From Octopus vulgaris (lineage: Eukaryota): 62,000 nucleotides of DNA. The translations under genes were made by a program, and so were the position numbers. Shown here in pieces: positions 1 to 12,924 of the stretch (positions are counted from its first letter, which is position 1; each line of letters begins with the position of its first letter). The stretch lies in assembly GCA_951406725.2 (NCBI GenBank), contig OX597814.1, forward strand, positions 169,218,001 through 169,280,000, read 5' to 3'. Under the pieces are notes generated by a model. It made no database searches, was not told the origin of the DNA, and worked only from the letters and a program-made list of their open reading frames with translations.

Positions 1-10
1 GTAAATAACG

Positions 11-250
11 TTCCGCTGGGCTGGACATGCCAAAAGGTTCACAGACAACAGGTGGACCCATGCAGTTGTCAAATGATATCCAAAAAATCAGTAAAGGCCA
101 TTCGGAAGGCCTCTACAACAATGGGAAGACAGTTTAATCAAGCTGGAAAAGAATGGCGCAGTTAAAACAGAATTGGAAGCGCATTGTGACCAGCAGTGTA
201 TAACAGAAGTTGATGGTGTGGTCGATACTGTGATAGTGTGATATGTGATG
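11..250 (+). mobile_element. RTE-clade LINE 3' end fragment (degenerate RT C-terminus plus 3' UTR)
   Basis: The frame from 11 reads FRWAGHAKRFTDNRWTHAVVK*YPKNQ*RPFGRPLQQWED. This matches the RWAGH..R..D.RW...RP.GRP..W C-terminal signature of RTE reverse transcriptases; it has internal stops. Confidence 0.75.
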
Positions 251-338
251 GAAACCTGGTAAATCTCTGGCCTTATGAGTCCCAAGGCTCATAATATATC
301 TAAATCTATTTACAGAATAAATATGTTATAAGACCTGT

Positions 339-832
339 TAGGGCAAGTGAAATCGAAATTGAACCAAATTCAATGACTGGCACCCGTGCCAGTGGAGCGC
401 TAACAGCTCCATCCAAGCGGTATCACTGTCAGAGCAGCTGTTTGGCTTCCGTGCCGGTGACACATAAAAAGCACCATTTCTGTGTGATTGTTACCAGCGT
501 CGCCTTACTGGCACTTGTGCCAATGGCACGTGAACAAAATATTCGAGCGAGTTCATTGCCAGTGCCACTGGACTGACTCCTGTGCAGGTGGCATGTAAAA
601 AATACCATTTGAGTGTGGCCATTACCAGTACCGCCAGACTGGCCCTCGTGCCAGTGGCACGTAAAAGCACCCACTACACGCTCGGAGTGGTTGGGGTTAG
701 GAAGGGCATCCAGCTGTAGAAACACTGCCAGATCAGATTGGAGCCTGGTGCAGCCATCTGGTTCGCCAGTCCGCAGTCAAATCGTCCAACCCATGCTAGC
801 ATGGAAAGTGGACATTAAATGATGATGATGAT
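339..832 (+). mobile_element. SINE-like repeat family C (internal GTGCCxxTGGCACGTAAAAGCACC repeats, CAACCCATGCTAGCATGG 3' end, (GAT)n tail)
   Basis: The same blocks recur at about 19660-20010(-), 22905-23175(+), 39710-40370(-), 41790-42110(-), 47885-48210(+) and 52510-52862(+). Confidence 0.75.
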
Positions 833-2263
833 GGAAAAGAAATTCAAAGAGAAAAATCTCACATTTAGTCAAAATATATATAAGAAAATCACATTAGGGT
901 TACTTTTAAAAACGGAATCATATATTATTGTCACTGTTTTAATGTCCGTCTTTCCGTACTTGCTTTAGTCTGATGGAATTTGTTGAATCAGCTTTTTTAG
1001 GGCTAGATGTCCTTGTCACCAAACCACACCTGTTTCCAAGCTAGTAAATATTTCCCTATGACCAGATACATTGTCATGAAATAAATGATATTGCTTGTGT
1101 GACAGTGATACTCATTCACAACTATCATGTGATGTCTTTCAATTTCTGTCTACCATATCAACTCACAAGGCTTTTGCTGGCTGAGGGCTATAGCAGAAGA
1201 CACTCGTTCAATGTGTCATGTAGTGAGATTGAACCTGAAACCACATGGTTTGGAAACAAATTCTTCACCACACAGCCATGCTTGAACTTTTCACACACAC
1301 ACACACACATGCGCGCACACACACACGCACACACACACACACACACACACATTTACAGGCAACACCAGTTTAAATTGGAAGAAAGAAGAAGCATTCTAAA
1401 ATGACAAATTGTAATGCATTTCAAATACTCAAGAACTGCAATTTCAGTTGCCTTTTTGCTGCACTATCTTTATATTTCTTTACACACTGTGGAATTTCTG
1501 CAGCAGTGATGTACTTTTTTTTACTTTTTGATCATTTCTTTATTTTCTGAATGTTCTTTTTCAAAGATTTCTGAGAATTTTTAAAACAGTTACCTGAAAT
1601 TTTTTGATTTTGGATTTCCTTTAATGAAATGCCACATATTTAATTTACTCTGCGGATAAAAAGCATGGTGATAAATTTACCGATGATATATTAGCTCAGA
1701 ATGAAATTACAGGTGATCTGTTTACTGCTAGTGTAATTAGCTCCGTTGAATTTACCATAAACTCTTTCATCAATCCAACTGCCTAATTATTATGTTGATT
1801 GCATTCAGTGCACACTTAATTTGTATCAGTTAATGCATGTTGTAGATATGCCTTTGTGATTGAGGAAGTTTGTTTCTGAAGCAGATGGTTTTGGGTTCAG
1901 TCCCACTGCATGACACCTTGGGCAAGTATCTTCTATCATAGACACAGGCTCACCAATACACTGTGATTAAATATGGTAAACAGGAATTCTGTGGAAGTCA
2001 AACATCTCCACCATCATCATTGTTTTAACATCTACTATTCTGTGCTTGCATGGGTCAGATGAAAGTATGTTGGGGTGGCAGAGTTTTCTATAATTGGATG
2101 CCCTATCTATTATCAGCCTGCACATTTTTCCAGACTAGGTTATAATCTCTTAATCTATTGAACAATGACCAGGTCAGACATATTTACATGAACTAGAAAC
2201 AAATGCCACCAAAACAAGTGGTTTTTGCCTACAAAGTTTATACAGTATGTCAAGACTTATCAA

Positions 2264-2345
<82 letters not shown>

Positions 2346-2559
2346 TATCTAGCTTTACATAGAACTAAGCCCTAATGATTTGAGGATCTGGGGGGAAAAC
2401 TTTCCCTGAGGAACAGAGAAAATATTAATTCATTGAACAATAATGCTTGTATAATAGGACCTGTGTAGGAAACCTCTCCCTACAAGTGAATAGCTAATGT
2501 TTGCAAAAATTTTCTTTCCAGATATCAAAAGCTGTCCCTCAGCTATTCATATATTCTTA

Positions 2560-4010
2560 TTGTGCAGTCCATAATCCTAGAGCTGTTGCAGTCAATGTGG
2601 ATACGATAGAAGATAAGTTTGGTGAGTTGTTGAAATGCAAGAATGGAGGTTTGAGGATGTGTGCTGCATGCAAGAGGCAAGCTGGAGGTGAGCCTCAGCC
2701 ATATTTCCTATGGGCTAATGACAAAGGAATAGATTCTTCTGTGTATGCAATAATGCTGATATGAGGTGGTGTGGGCATACTGTTGGCAGAGAAGTGGGTA
2801 CATAAAATGATCAAGGCATTTAGAAAATGTGATACAGTAATTCATCTTTGGCTAGTCTTGGACAACACAATAATGACATTTTTCTCTATATATGCTCCTC
2901 AACTGAGATTAGCAGATGTAGAAAAGAACCTATTTTATGAAGTCTTTTTGCAGATTACATTGATGATGAATGATAATCCCTTCTCTTCATGGTTGTTGTC
3001 TTTAATGGACATGTTGAGCAGTACTATGATAGATTTTATGGCATAGAAATGAGGAGTGAACAAAGCTGTTGGATGTATGTGATGTAAATGGCCTGATGAT
3101 CCACATCACTAACTTCAGGAAACTAGCCAACCACTTGATCATTTACCAGATTGACTACATTTTTTTTTAATGTAAAGTCCTCTGGGAAAAATGTATAACT
3201 CAAGTTAGTGACTTCAGAATTAAAGCTAAAAAGATTTTGAAAAATAAAGCAGTCTCTAAAAGGAAAATATGGATACTTAGAGATTCATTGAAGAGTCAAA
3301 AATGTAGAGAAGTACTAGTTGAAGCATAGGATGCAATGGAAGAGATCAAGACACACAAAATAGGATACGATTGGAGGTTCTTTCAGGCCAACATACTGAG
3401 AGCTATAAACTAAATCTGTGGCTAGTGTAATGTTCCAGCAAGACCAATGGGGACATAGTGGTGGAACAGTGAGAGAGTCATAAAAGCAAAGAGACAGGCT
3501 TGAACAAAAACTAGATGACATATTTAATAATGGGAGAAGCAGAAAGTAAGAGTTTTACCATCATGAGGTTCTACAGCATGAGGAACAGGTTTTCCAGATT
3601 GCAAGGCAATGTATCAGATGAAAATTTTTTTCTACTATAGGCACAAGGCCAGAAATTTTGCAGGAGGGGCTGGTCAATTACATTGACACAAGTGTTCAAC
3701 TGGTACTTATTTTATCGACTCTGAAAGGATGAAAGGCAAAGTCAACCTTGGCAGAATTTGAACTCAGAATGTAAAGACTGACAAAATGCCTCTAAGCATT
3801 CTGTTTGGCATGCTGACAACTCTGCCAGTTCACCACCTTTGCATCAGAGAAAATTGAGACATTGTGGGAGAGAAGTGTGTATGGATTGATAATGACACAC
3901 CTGCACTTAGTGGTTCTGAAAAGAGAGAGGCAAAGAAGTGCTCCTATGAAAGGTTATAAAATATGGAAAATGCATGGTAGGAAGAGTGTTTATCCAACAA
4001 TGGCCACCAT
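2560..4010 (+). mobile_element. Decayed RTE LINE: apurinic endonuclease and linker region
   Basis: ORF 2771-3046 GILLAEKWV...SIYAPQ...EKNLFY resembles an RTE endonuclease. Downstream fragments (WWNSE near 3435, VGEKCV...YERL near 3860-3960) are collinear with RTE ORF2. A SINE interrupts it at 3630-3839. Confidence 0.65.
3630..3839 (-). mobile_element. SINE family B copy
   Basis: Shares GAACTCAGAA / AAAGGATGAAAGGCAAAGTCAACC / ACTGGTACTTAT blocks with copies at 4030-4258, 18800-19028, 30745-30975, 46885-47375 and 55453-55628. Confidence 0.75.
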
Positions 4011-4029
4011 CCATTCTAATAGACAGCAA

Positions 4030-4258
4030 TATTATTTCTTTATTGCCCACAAGGGGCTACACATAGAGGGGACAAACAAGGACAGACAAACGGATTAAGT
4101 TGATTATATCAACCCCAGTGCATAACTGGTACTTATCTAAATGACCCAGAAAAGAATGAAAGGTAAAGTCAACCTTGGCAAAATATGAACTCGGAATGTA
4201 GTGGCAGACAAAATACTGCTAAGCATTCTGCCCGGCGTGCTAATGTTTCTACCAGCTC
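4030..4258 (-). mobile_element. SINE family B copy
   Basis: Near full-length match to other family B copies, from TATTTCTTTATTGCCCACAAGGGG to CCAGCTC. Confidence 0.8.
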
Positions 4259-4906
4259 ATGATAGATAAAACGATTATGGATATGCTTCTTTTATATGTA
4301 CTTATCTGACCATACTAGTATGGAAAAATGAGTATAAAATTAACACACTCAGTAGAAATGTATATCCATGAAGGTAAATCAAGTAACCGATGACATGCTG
4401 TTTGATGTACTTATGATATTCAAAACACCAACAATCAGCTTGATCTACATTAATCTATTCTAATAAGTGCATCTGAATTATTCCCCTTAGTTTATTTTGC
4501 TTAATACTCTCAGACCTGCCCCCCTGTGTCTAATTTTACTCTTTGTCTGGACTCCTGAGCAAAAACATAAATAGTTGCATATACTGCTAAAGAGTGATGA
4601 TTGCAGGTAAACTAATGGACAGAATCAAAAAAAAAAATTTAGACGAATAACAAAAATAGGCCTTTCTCTCAACAACTGTATTTGTTAGGCAAACTAATGG
4701 ACAAAATCATAAAAAAAATTCAGGAAAATAACAGTAATAGGGATTTCTCTCAACTACTGTATTTGTTTACCTGAATCACTACTTTCATCATCCCTTTCAC
4801 CTGTCTGATTGTCTGAATCACTCTCATTGCTAGTGTGAGTGTAAAATCTTTATCTGAAGAATAAATATCATCAATAATTTTCTCAGTTGCAAAGAGTTTC
4901 TTTTAC

Positions 4907-5122
4907 TCTTTAAACTTGTTTCAGTCATTTGACTCCGGCCATGCTGGAGAACCGCCTTTAGTCAAGCAAATCGACCCCAGGACTTATTCTTTGTAAGCCT
5001 AGAACTTATTCTATTGGTCTCTTTTTGCCAAACCACTATGTTATGGGGACATAAACACACCAGCATCGGTTGTCAAGCGATGTTTGGCAGAACAAACACA
5101 GACACACAAACACACACACACA

Positions 5123-5158
<36 letters not shown>

Positions 5159-5305
5159 GCTTCTTTCAGTTTCTGTCTACCAAATCCACTCACAAGGCTT
5201 TGGTCGGCCCGAGGCTATAGTAGAAGACACTTGCCACGCAGTGGGACTGAACCTGGAACCATGTGGTTGGTAAGCAAGATACTTACCACACAGCCACTCC
5301 TGCAT
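4907..5305 (-). mobile_element. SINE family A copy (tRNA-like head, internal microsatellite, GTAAAAGA tail)
   Basis: Reverse complement of the AGGAGTGGCTGTGTGGTAAG...GGTTCAGTCCC head (A/B-box-like) and the conserved 3' body. More than 15 whole or partial copies occur in the window. Confidence 0.85.
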
Positions 5306-6179
5306 CAAGACTACACCTTGCTCGTTTATAAGATGAAGTGCTGGGTTCATAACATGCTGGTTTAATTGCAATTTTTTTTTTCTTTTTTGATTAAAAACAA
5401 CAGTAGCAGCAGCTATGGGATCACAATTAACAATAAATCATAAACAAATTTGGGTGCAAAGCTGCAATATGTGATCGGTTATCTAATTTTGATATTTTAT
5501 CTTCTTTATTTTTTTATGTATATTATTCATTACTGCTTTAGTGGGAATGTGATAGAGATGACATTTAAGCTATTTCTGCTATATCAAGAACATAGTATGA
5601 CAGGGTTAAAATTATTCTTGGTCTATGTTTAGGTCTCCCATCAGTTTGCTTGGCTTGAAGAATCCATCTTGCAATATGTTCCTGCAACATTCTAATTACA
5701 TGTTTGTAGTACAAGAGGTATGACTTCTCATTGCAGAGAAATAGCAGCTTGACCTGGAGAACCTCTCTGTCTCCTAGCTATGCTCCCTGTTGAGTAACAT
5801 TACTCCAGAGATCATTCTGAACCCCATTTGAGCTGTTTGTATATGTGAGTATACTTTTTGGTCATTACACAGCATTCACAACCTTGGTGAGGAAAGGCTT
5901 GAAAACTGAACTGAAGATACCAAGTTTGGCCTTTTTTTACCAACCTCCTTTTTTCAGAGAATCAATCACTGGAACTAGTGCACTACTTTGCTGGCATCTG
6001 CAATTAAAAAATCAAAACTAGTATAGTAGATTTGATCTAAGGTGTGGTTTTAGGGATACCTGGCCGTTATTTCTGATAAATATCCTTCAATTTATATCTT
6101 ACTGCTTCAGAAAAGGAAGAATGCATTGGTAAATCTAATCTCGTCCTATGGATATGCAAAAAAAAAAGAAAAAAAGGGA

Positions 6180-6896
6180 TTGGCGCAAGAGTGGCTGTGT
6201 GGTAAGTAGCTTGCTTACGAACCACATGGTTCCAGGTTCAGTCCCACTGTGTGGCATCTTGGGCAAGTGTCTTCTACTATAGCCTTGGGCTGACCAAAGC
6301 CTTGTGAGTGGATTTGGTAGACGGAAACTGAAAGAAGCCCATCGTAGTCCAACCCATGCTAGCATGGAAAACGGACGCTAAACGATGATGATGATGATGA
6401 TGATATAACGGGAAAGTTTACGAAAATAAACAAAAGACGAAGGCAGGTGGAGTACAAACAAACAAATGTATTAGTATAGCGCTCAGGAATAGAAATAGAA
6501 AAAGTCTTTTACATTTCAAGCCTACGCTCTTCGACAGAAAGATACACAGAAAAATACAAGGAGAGAAACAAGGAGAGAAAAAAAATGCGTGTAGGAGCTA
6601 ACGATCTATCATGGCGTCCTGACTTCGGACAGTGGTCAGACGCGAGAGGGACAGTAGGGGAGATAACAGGGTCAAGTGACTTCCAATATACCCCCCCCCC
6701 CCCGCCCCAAAAAAACATTGCTTGACAATCGATGCTGGTGTGCTTATGTCCCCATAACTTAGTGGTTCAGCAAAAGAGACTGATAGAATAAGTACTAGGC
6801 TTACAAAGAATAAGTCCTGGGGTTGATTTGCTCGACTAAAGGCGGTGCTCCAGCATGGCCACAGTCACATGACTGAAACAAGTAAAAGAGTAAGAG
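6180..6896 (+). mobile_element. SINE family A copy with inserts in its internal microsatellite
   Basis: Head at 6180-6345, family C tail plus (GAT)n at 6345-6404, Penelope-like insert at 6405-6690, then the 3' body at 6715-6896. Confidence 0.8.
6505..6542 (-). ncRNA. Variant hammerhead-like motif (degenerate) in a Penelope-like pseudo-LTR fragment
   Basis: Minus strand: tcttt CTGTCGA a GAGC gtag GCTT GAAATGTA aaaga. Stem I is tcttt/aaaga and stem II is GAGC/GCTT; A6 is replaced by U. Confidence 0.5.
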
Positions 6897-7411
6897 TATA
6901 GTCATTGCTAAAATACCTTCCATTATAAGGTCTGTTTAACCAATACTGACCTGGGGTTAAAAAAACCAATAACAACCTTCTACTTTATGAGTCAATGATA
7001 GCAAAAAATTTGTTGTATTTTAACTAATTATATCTCTTCACAACAAATGTGTGGCCTTGAATTAAAGTTACAAAATCATTATTATTAGAATTTTTCTCTC
7101 TCCTTCTTTTTCTATATGAAGGAGAAACAATGTTGAGAGTGAGGAATACAAATCACTTTAACCAACCAACTAGCTAGCCAACCAACTAACCAGCCAACCA
7201 GTCCAGCCAGCCAACCAGCCAGCCAACCAGTCACACTAGCTTGTTCAGAACTGCAAATTGTTAAACTCACAACACTCCCTGAATCTTGCTGTTTTGAATG
7301 AAAAATCATAAAACTCAGCAGCTCTTAATACTTCCATTATTTGCTAATCAAGCAAAGAAAAATTGTAAAATTGCCATTCATTCTAGCTCACATTCAGAGT
7401 TCAGTATTCAT

Positions 7412-8042
7412 GGCATTATAAAACCTAGAGGGTATGAAAAAAAAAAAAAAAAAGGAAATTTTTAATGGTCTTTTCTGACATGGCTAAATATTGATTGGTA
7501 ACATAGGCATAGGATCATAAATTCTACAAAAGGTAACTCTGAATAAGATTCTTAAATTATTCCTAGTATTTGACTGGTGCTATGTTTTAATGACACTGGA
7601 AGGACAACTAGTACATCCAGCCCCAGTGAGATTTCTGCTGCAATGTAAAAAGGACACATCTTAATAAAATACCCAAAGGTATGGCTGTGCGATTTTGCAA
7701 CTACACGTTTTGAGGTTCAGTTCCGGCATTATAAAACCTAGAGGGTATGAAAAAAAAAAAAAAAAGAAAAAGAAAATTTTTAATGGTCTTTTCTGACATG
7801 GCTAAATATTGATTGGTAACATAGGCATAGGATCATAAATTCTACAAAAGGTAACTCTGAATAAGATTCTTAAATTATTCCTAGTATTTGACTGGTGTTA
7901 TATTTTAATGACACCGGAAGGACAACTAGTACATCCAGCCCCAGTGAGATTTCTGCTGCAATGTAAAAGGGACATATCTTAATAAGATACCCAAAGGTAT
8001 GGCTGTGCGATTTTGCAACCACACGTTTTGAGGTTCAGCTCC
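7412..8042. repeat. Head-to-tail direct duplication of about 315 bp (7412-7724, 7725-8042)
   Basis: The two copies align end to end, with a few substitutions and a different poly-A length. Confidence 0.9.
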
Positions 8043-8589
8043 ATGGAGCGACACCTTGGGCAAATGTCTTCTCCTATGTTAGCCCAGGCCAGTCAACACT
8101 TTGTGAGTGAGGCTGGTTGACGGAATCTGTCTGGAAGTTCATACTGTCATTGACTTTGTCCTCCTCCTCCTCCTCCTCCTCCTGCTTTTTACTTGCTTTA
8201 GTCTTTAGACAGTGGCCATGCTGAGCATCGCCTCGAAGAGTTCTTCGTAGAATGAATTGACCCCCAGTAAACTCTTTTACTCTTTTAACTTATATGTACA
8301 CACACATACACAAACACAGGGTTCCTCACAGTTTCCACCAACCAAATTCACTTACAAGGCAGTGGTCAACCCAGGACTGCTGTAGAAGACACTCGACCAT
8401 AGTGCCATACGGTGGGACTGAACCCAAAACCATGTGGTTGCAAAGTGAGCTTCTTAACCACCTTTAGTCGAGCACCTAGTACATTCTGTTAAGTAGTTGG
8501 TGTTAGGAGGGACATGAAGCCATATAAGCCATGTGAAAGCAGACATTGGAGCTTGGTACAGTCTCCCTGCTCACTAGTTCTTGTTGAGC

Positions 8590-8967
8590 CATCCAACCCA
8601 TGCCAGCATGAAAAACAGATGCTTACTGATGATGATGATGATGATGATGATGATTATGATGATAAGGGTTGGTGACAGGAAGAGCATTTGGCCATAAAAT
8701 TCTGCCTCAGATAAATCCTCATCTAACCCATGTAAGCATGGAAAACAGATGCTAAATGATGATGATGATGGTGATGATGATGATGATGATGACGACGACG
8801 ACGACGATGACGATGATGATGATGATGAGGAAGATGATGATGATGATGGTGATGATGATGATGATGATGATGATGATGACGACGATGACGACGACGACGA
8901 CTATGATGATGATGATGAGGAAGATGATGATGATGATAGTGATGATGACGACGACGACGACGACGAC

Positions 8968-9012
<45 letters not shown>

Positions 9013-9161
9013 ATGGGTCAGTGGCAGGAAGAGTATTTGGCCATAAAATTCCGCCAGCATGGAAAACAGATGCTAAATGATGATGACGATGGTGATGATG
9101 ATGATGGTGATGGTGATGATGATGATGATGATGATGATGAGGAAGATGATGATGATGATGG

Positions 9162-9193
<32 letters not shown>

Positions 9194-9300
9194 GTAACGA
9201 TGATGTTAAGAGTTGGTTTACAGGAAGAGTAATTGGCCATAAAATTCTGCCTCAAATAAGTCTTCATACAACCCATGCCAGCATGGAAAAGTGGATATTA
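8590..9300 (+). repeat. Tandem array of SINE 3'-tail units separated by expanded (GAT/GAC)n
   Basis: CAGCATGGAAAA-like tail motifs occur four times. GGAAGAG..TTGGCCATAAAATT linkers occur three times. Three (GAT)n tracts lie between them. Confidence 0.8.
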
Positions 9301-9807
9301 TTATTGAATGAAAGATCAAAAGGTAAGCCATCTGTTGCTCTGTTGATCCTGTTGCTCACTGCCCTCAACTTGGCTGAATATCAAAATGGCACCTCAAAGC
9401 AGAAGTAGAATATTTCTTGAAGACTTGAAAGAATTATTTATAGCTATGTGGTTAAGAAGCTCACTTTGCAACCACATGGTTTTGGGTTCAGTCCCACCGT
9501 ATGGCACTTTGGTCGAGTGTCTTCTACAACAGTCCTGGGTTGACCACTGCCTTGTAAGTGAATTTGGTTGGTGGAAACTGTGAGGAACCCTGTGTTTGTG
9601 TATGTGTGTGTGTACATATAAGTATATATGTATGTGGGTATATATGCATGTATGTATATATGTGTGTGTATTTGTGTTGTTTGTTCTCCATCACGGCTTG
9701 ATAACAGGTTTGTTTATGTTCCTGTGACTTAGTGGTTTGGTGAAAGAGACTAACAGAATAAGTAACAGACTTAAGAGATGAATAAATAAATAAATAAATA
9801 AATAATT

Positions 9808-10190
9808 AGGCACAGAAGTGGCTGTGTGGTAAGAAGCTTGCTTCCCAACCACATGGTTCCAGGTTCAGTCCTATGGTGTGGCACCTTGGGCAAGTGTTTC
9901 CTAATATAACTTTGGGTTGACCAAGCCCTTGTGAGTGGACTTAGTAGACAGAAACTGAAAGATGCCCATCAATGTATATATGTATCTGTGTGTGTGTGTT
10001 TGTCCCTCCGCTATCGTTTGACAATTGATGTTAGTGTGTTTACGTCTCCCTGTATCTTAGCGGGTCAGCAAAAGAACCTGATAGACTATAAAGAATAAGT
10101 CCTGGGCTCGATTTGTTCGACTAAAGGAGTTGCTCCAGCATGGCAGCAGTCAAATGACTGAAACAAGTAAAAGAATAAAATAAAAAAGAT
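9808..10190 (+). mobile_element. SINE family A copy
   Basis: Head, microsatellite, 3' body and tail are collinear with the other copies. Confidence 0.8.
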
Positions 10191-10206
10191 AAATACTGGG
10201 CGTAGG

Positions 10207-10795
10207 ATAGGCGTAGGAGTGGCTGTGTGGTAAGTAGCTTGTTTACGAACCACATGGGTCCAGGTTCAGTCCCACTGCGTGGCACCTTGGGCAAGTGTCT
10301 TCTACTATAGCCTCGGGCCGACCAAAGCCTTGTAAGTGGATTTGGTAGACGGAAACTGAAAGAAGCCCATCGTATATATAACGGGAAGCTTTATGAAAAT
10401 AAACAAAAGACGAAGGCAGGTGGAATACAAACGAACAATTGTATTTGTATGGCGCTCAGGAATATAAATAAAACAAGTCTTTTACGTTTCGAGCCTATGC
10501 TCTTTAACAGAAAGATACACAGAAAAGAAACACAGAAAGAAACAAGGAGAGAAAAAAATGCGTGCAGAGGCTAGCGATGTTTGTGTGTCTGTGTTCCCCC
10601 CTCCCCAACATCACTTGACAACTGATGCTGGTGTGTTTACGTCCCCGTAACTTAGCGGTTCGGCAAAAGAGACCGATAGAATAAGTACTAGGCTTACAAA
10701 GAATAAGTCCTGGGGTCGATTTGCTCGACTAAAGGCGATGCTCCACTCCAGCGTGACCACAGTCAAATTAACTGAAACAAGTAAAAGATATAAAA
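10207..10795 (+). mobile_element. SINE family A copy with Penelope-like insert at 10378-10578
   Basis: Head GGCGTAGGAGTGGCTGTGTGG, then an insert in the (TA)n homologous to 6405-6600, then the 3' body. Confidence 0.85.
10478..10515 (-). ncRNA. Variant hammerhead-like motif, second copy
   Basis: Minus strand: tcttt CTGTTAA a GAGC atag GCTC GAAACGTA aaaga. GAAAC and the ACGT palindrome are intact; G8 is mutated. Confidence 0.5.
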
Positions 10796-11089
10796 GCTAA
10801 AAAAAGAAAAGCAGTTTCAGTTTCACAAAATTCAAGATAGAAAGAGAAAATGAGAGGAAAAATGATAATAAATGACAGAAATAAATCAAATTTGAATCAA
10901 TAACAGAACCAAAGAAAGGATTTTTCCCCTTACTTTCTCTTTCTCTTCTCCTCACTTTCTCTTACCTGCCTGCTTGTTTGACAGTCTCTTTCTCTCACTC
11001 ATTCCCTCTTTCTCCCCTCTCCTTCTCACTTGTCAGCTTATTTGACACTTTCTCTTACTAGTTCTCTGTCTGCGACTCTTTTTCTCTCT

Positions 11090-11665
11090 CTCTCTCTCTC
11101 AGTTACTTTGTGGGTCTCTTAATCACTTCCTCCCCCGCTGTCTCTTGTTTTTCTCACTTTCCTTTGCTCACACCACAGTTTTTACTTCTTTCTTTTCCCT
11201 CCTCCCACTACACCTTTCAATCTCTCTCTTCTCTCCCCTTCTTTCTTCCTTTCTCTTTCTCCTCTCTCCCTTCCTTCCCCCCTCTCTCTCCTCTTTCCCT
11301 TGCCCTCTCTCTCCCCTTCTCTCCTTTTCTCTCTTCCTCTCTCCCTTCCTTCCCCCTCTCTCTCCTCTTTCCCTTGCCCTCCCTCTCCTTTTCTCTCTCG
11401 TTCGGTCTCCCCATATCTCTCTATCCTTCTCTCCTTTTCTCTCTTCCTTTTTCCCTTCCTTCCCCCTCTCTCTCCGCTTTCCCTTGCCCTCCCTCTCCTC
11501 TTCTCTCTTTCCTTCTGTCTTCATATCTCTCTCTATCATTCTCTCCTTTTCTCTCTTCCTTCCCCCTCTCTCTCCTCTTTCCCTTTCTCTCTCCTTCTGT
11601 CTCCCCGTCTCTCTGTCCTTCTCTCCTTTTCTCTCTTCCTCTCTCTTCTCCTTCCCCCTCTCTCC
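11090..11665. repeat. CT-rich low-complexity tandem region
   Basis: The unit CCTTCCCCCTCTCTCTCCTCTTTCCCTT recurs; the strand is almost purely pyrimidine. Confidence 0.85.
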
Positions 11666-12719
11666 AACCGAAAGAAAATCTCTACTTCCTCTGAACATAA
11701 GGAATAGTTATGATACAAAAAATATACAAAAAAACGATAATAGATTTATTCCGCGTTTGACAAACTTCCAGTCTGTGTTCTTAATAAGCGATATTAATTA
11801 CAGAGCATTAAAAGCCAAAATAATAATTACTACATAAGAAAGCGTGGTTTACAAGCAGACAGGATAGTCATGGCAGGAATGCTTTTCCTCATAGGTCTGC
11901 TCAATTAAGCTTTGAACTGGTTGCAGGAACGGGTGGCTTAAACAACAACAACAACAAAAGCAGTAAATCACAGCCGGAACAACTTTGATCAATAAGCCTG
12001 CTCAATCAGGTCTGACCTGGGGCTACACAATAAGAACAACGTAAATTTTCCAAACAAAGGGGGTGAAAAACAAGCCAAAAAAAAAAAATAAAATAAAAAT
12101 AAAATAAACACAAATATAAAAAAAGTTGCAATAGAAAAAAAAAACGGAACAAAGAAATATTAAAATAAATAAATAATAATAAAAAAAAATTAATTATCGA
12201 AAAATATTGGAAGAATCCTGGCAATCCAATTCATTATAACCATTAGTTTTAGCATAGCTTTTATTTGACAAAGAATTTCTTTTCGTAGTGAGTGAAAATC
12301 CTGTTCAATCATTCTGGCTGTGTTTAAATATAAAAAACAAAACAAAAAAAGAAGTCTAACAGCTGCAACTGTCTAAGGTGGGGGTGGAGAAGTGATGTAG
12401 TTTATGTTTATGATACAATCTTTCATTCTTCCTTTCCTCCCTCCCACCACCGCCGTCCTTACCTCCCCCTCCGGCATCTCTTTGTTTATCTCCTTTATAT
12501 TTTCCTCCCACCCTCTCTTCCTCCTCCTCCACCTCCGCCTCGTTTTCGCTCTCGCTCTCTCTCTTTCTTTCTCTTTCTCTCTCGTTCTCTGTCTCTTTGT
12601 CTTTTGCTTTCTGTCCTTTTCTTTCCTGTCTTGTCATATACCCCTCCTTCCCCAACCGCTGCTGTTACTACTACTCTCTCCCTTTTCCTATTGCTACAGC
12701 TAAAATCAGAGCTAGAGTG

Positions 12720-12735
12720 AGAGAGAGAGATATAG

Positions 12736-12774
<39 letters not shown>

Positions 12775-12840
12775 CCGACAGATAGAAGAGATAGATAGAT
12801 AGATAGATAGACCGACAGATAGATAGATAGAGAGATAGAG

Positions 12841-12883
<43 letters not shown>

Positions 12884-12924
12884 CCGACAGATAGATAGAT
12901 AGATAGATAGACCGACAGATAGAG

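Noticed and set aside
8749-9408. 219-aa poly-Asp ORF as an acidic biomineralisation-type protein
   Set aside because: It consists of (GAT)n tracts and SINE tail units seen elsewhere in the window; no exon context.
11110-12703. Long ORFs rich in Ser/Leu/Pro/Phe or Glu/Arg/Lys
   Set aside because: They arise from CT/GA low-complexity DNA and are open in several frames at once.
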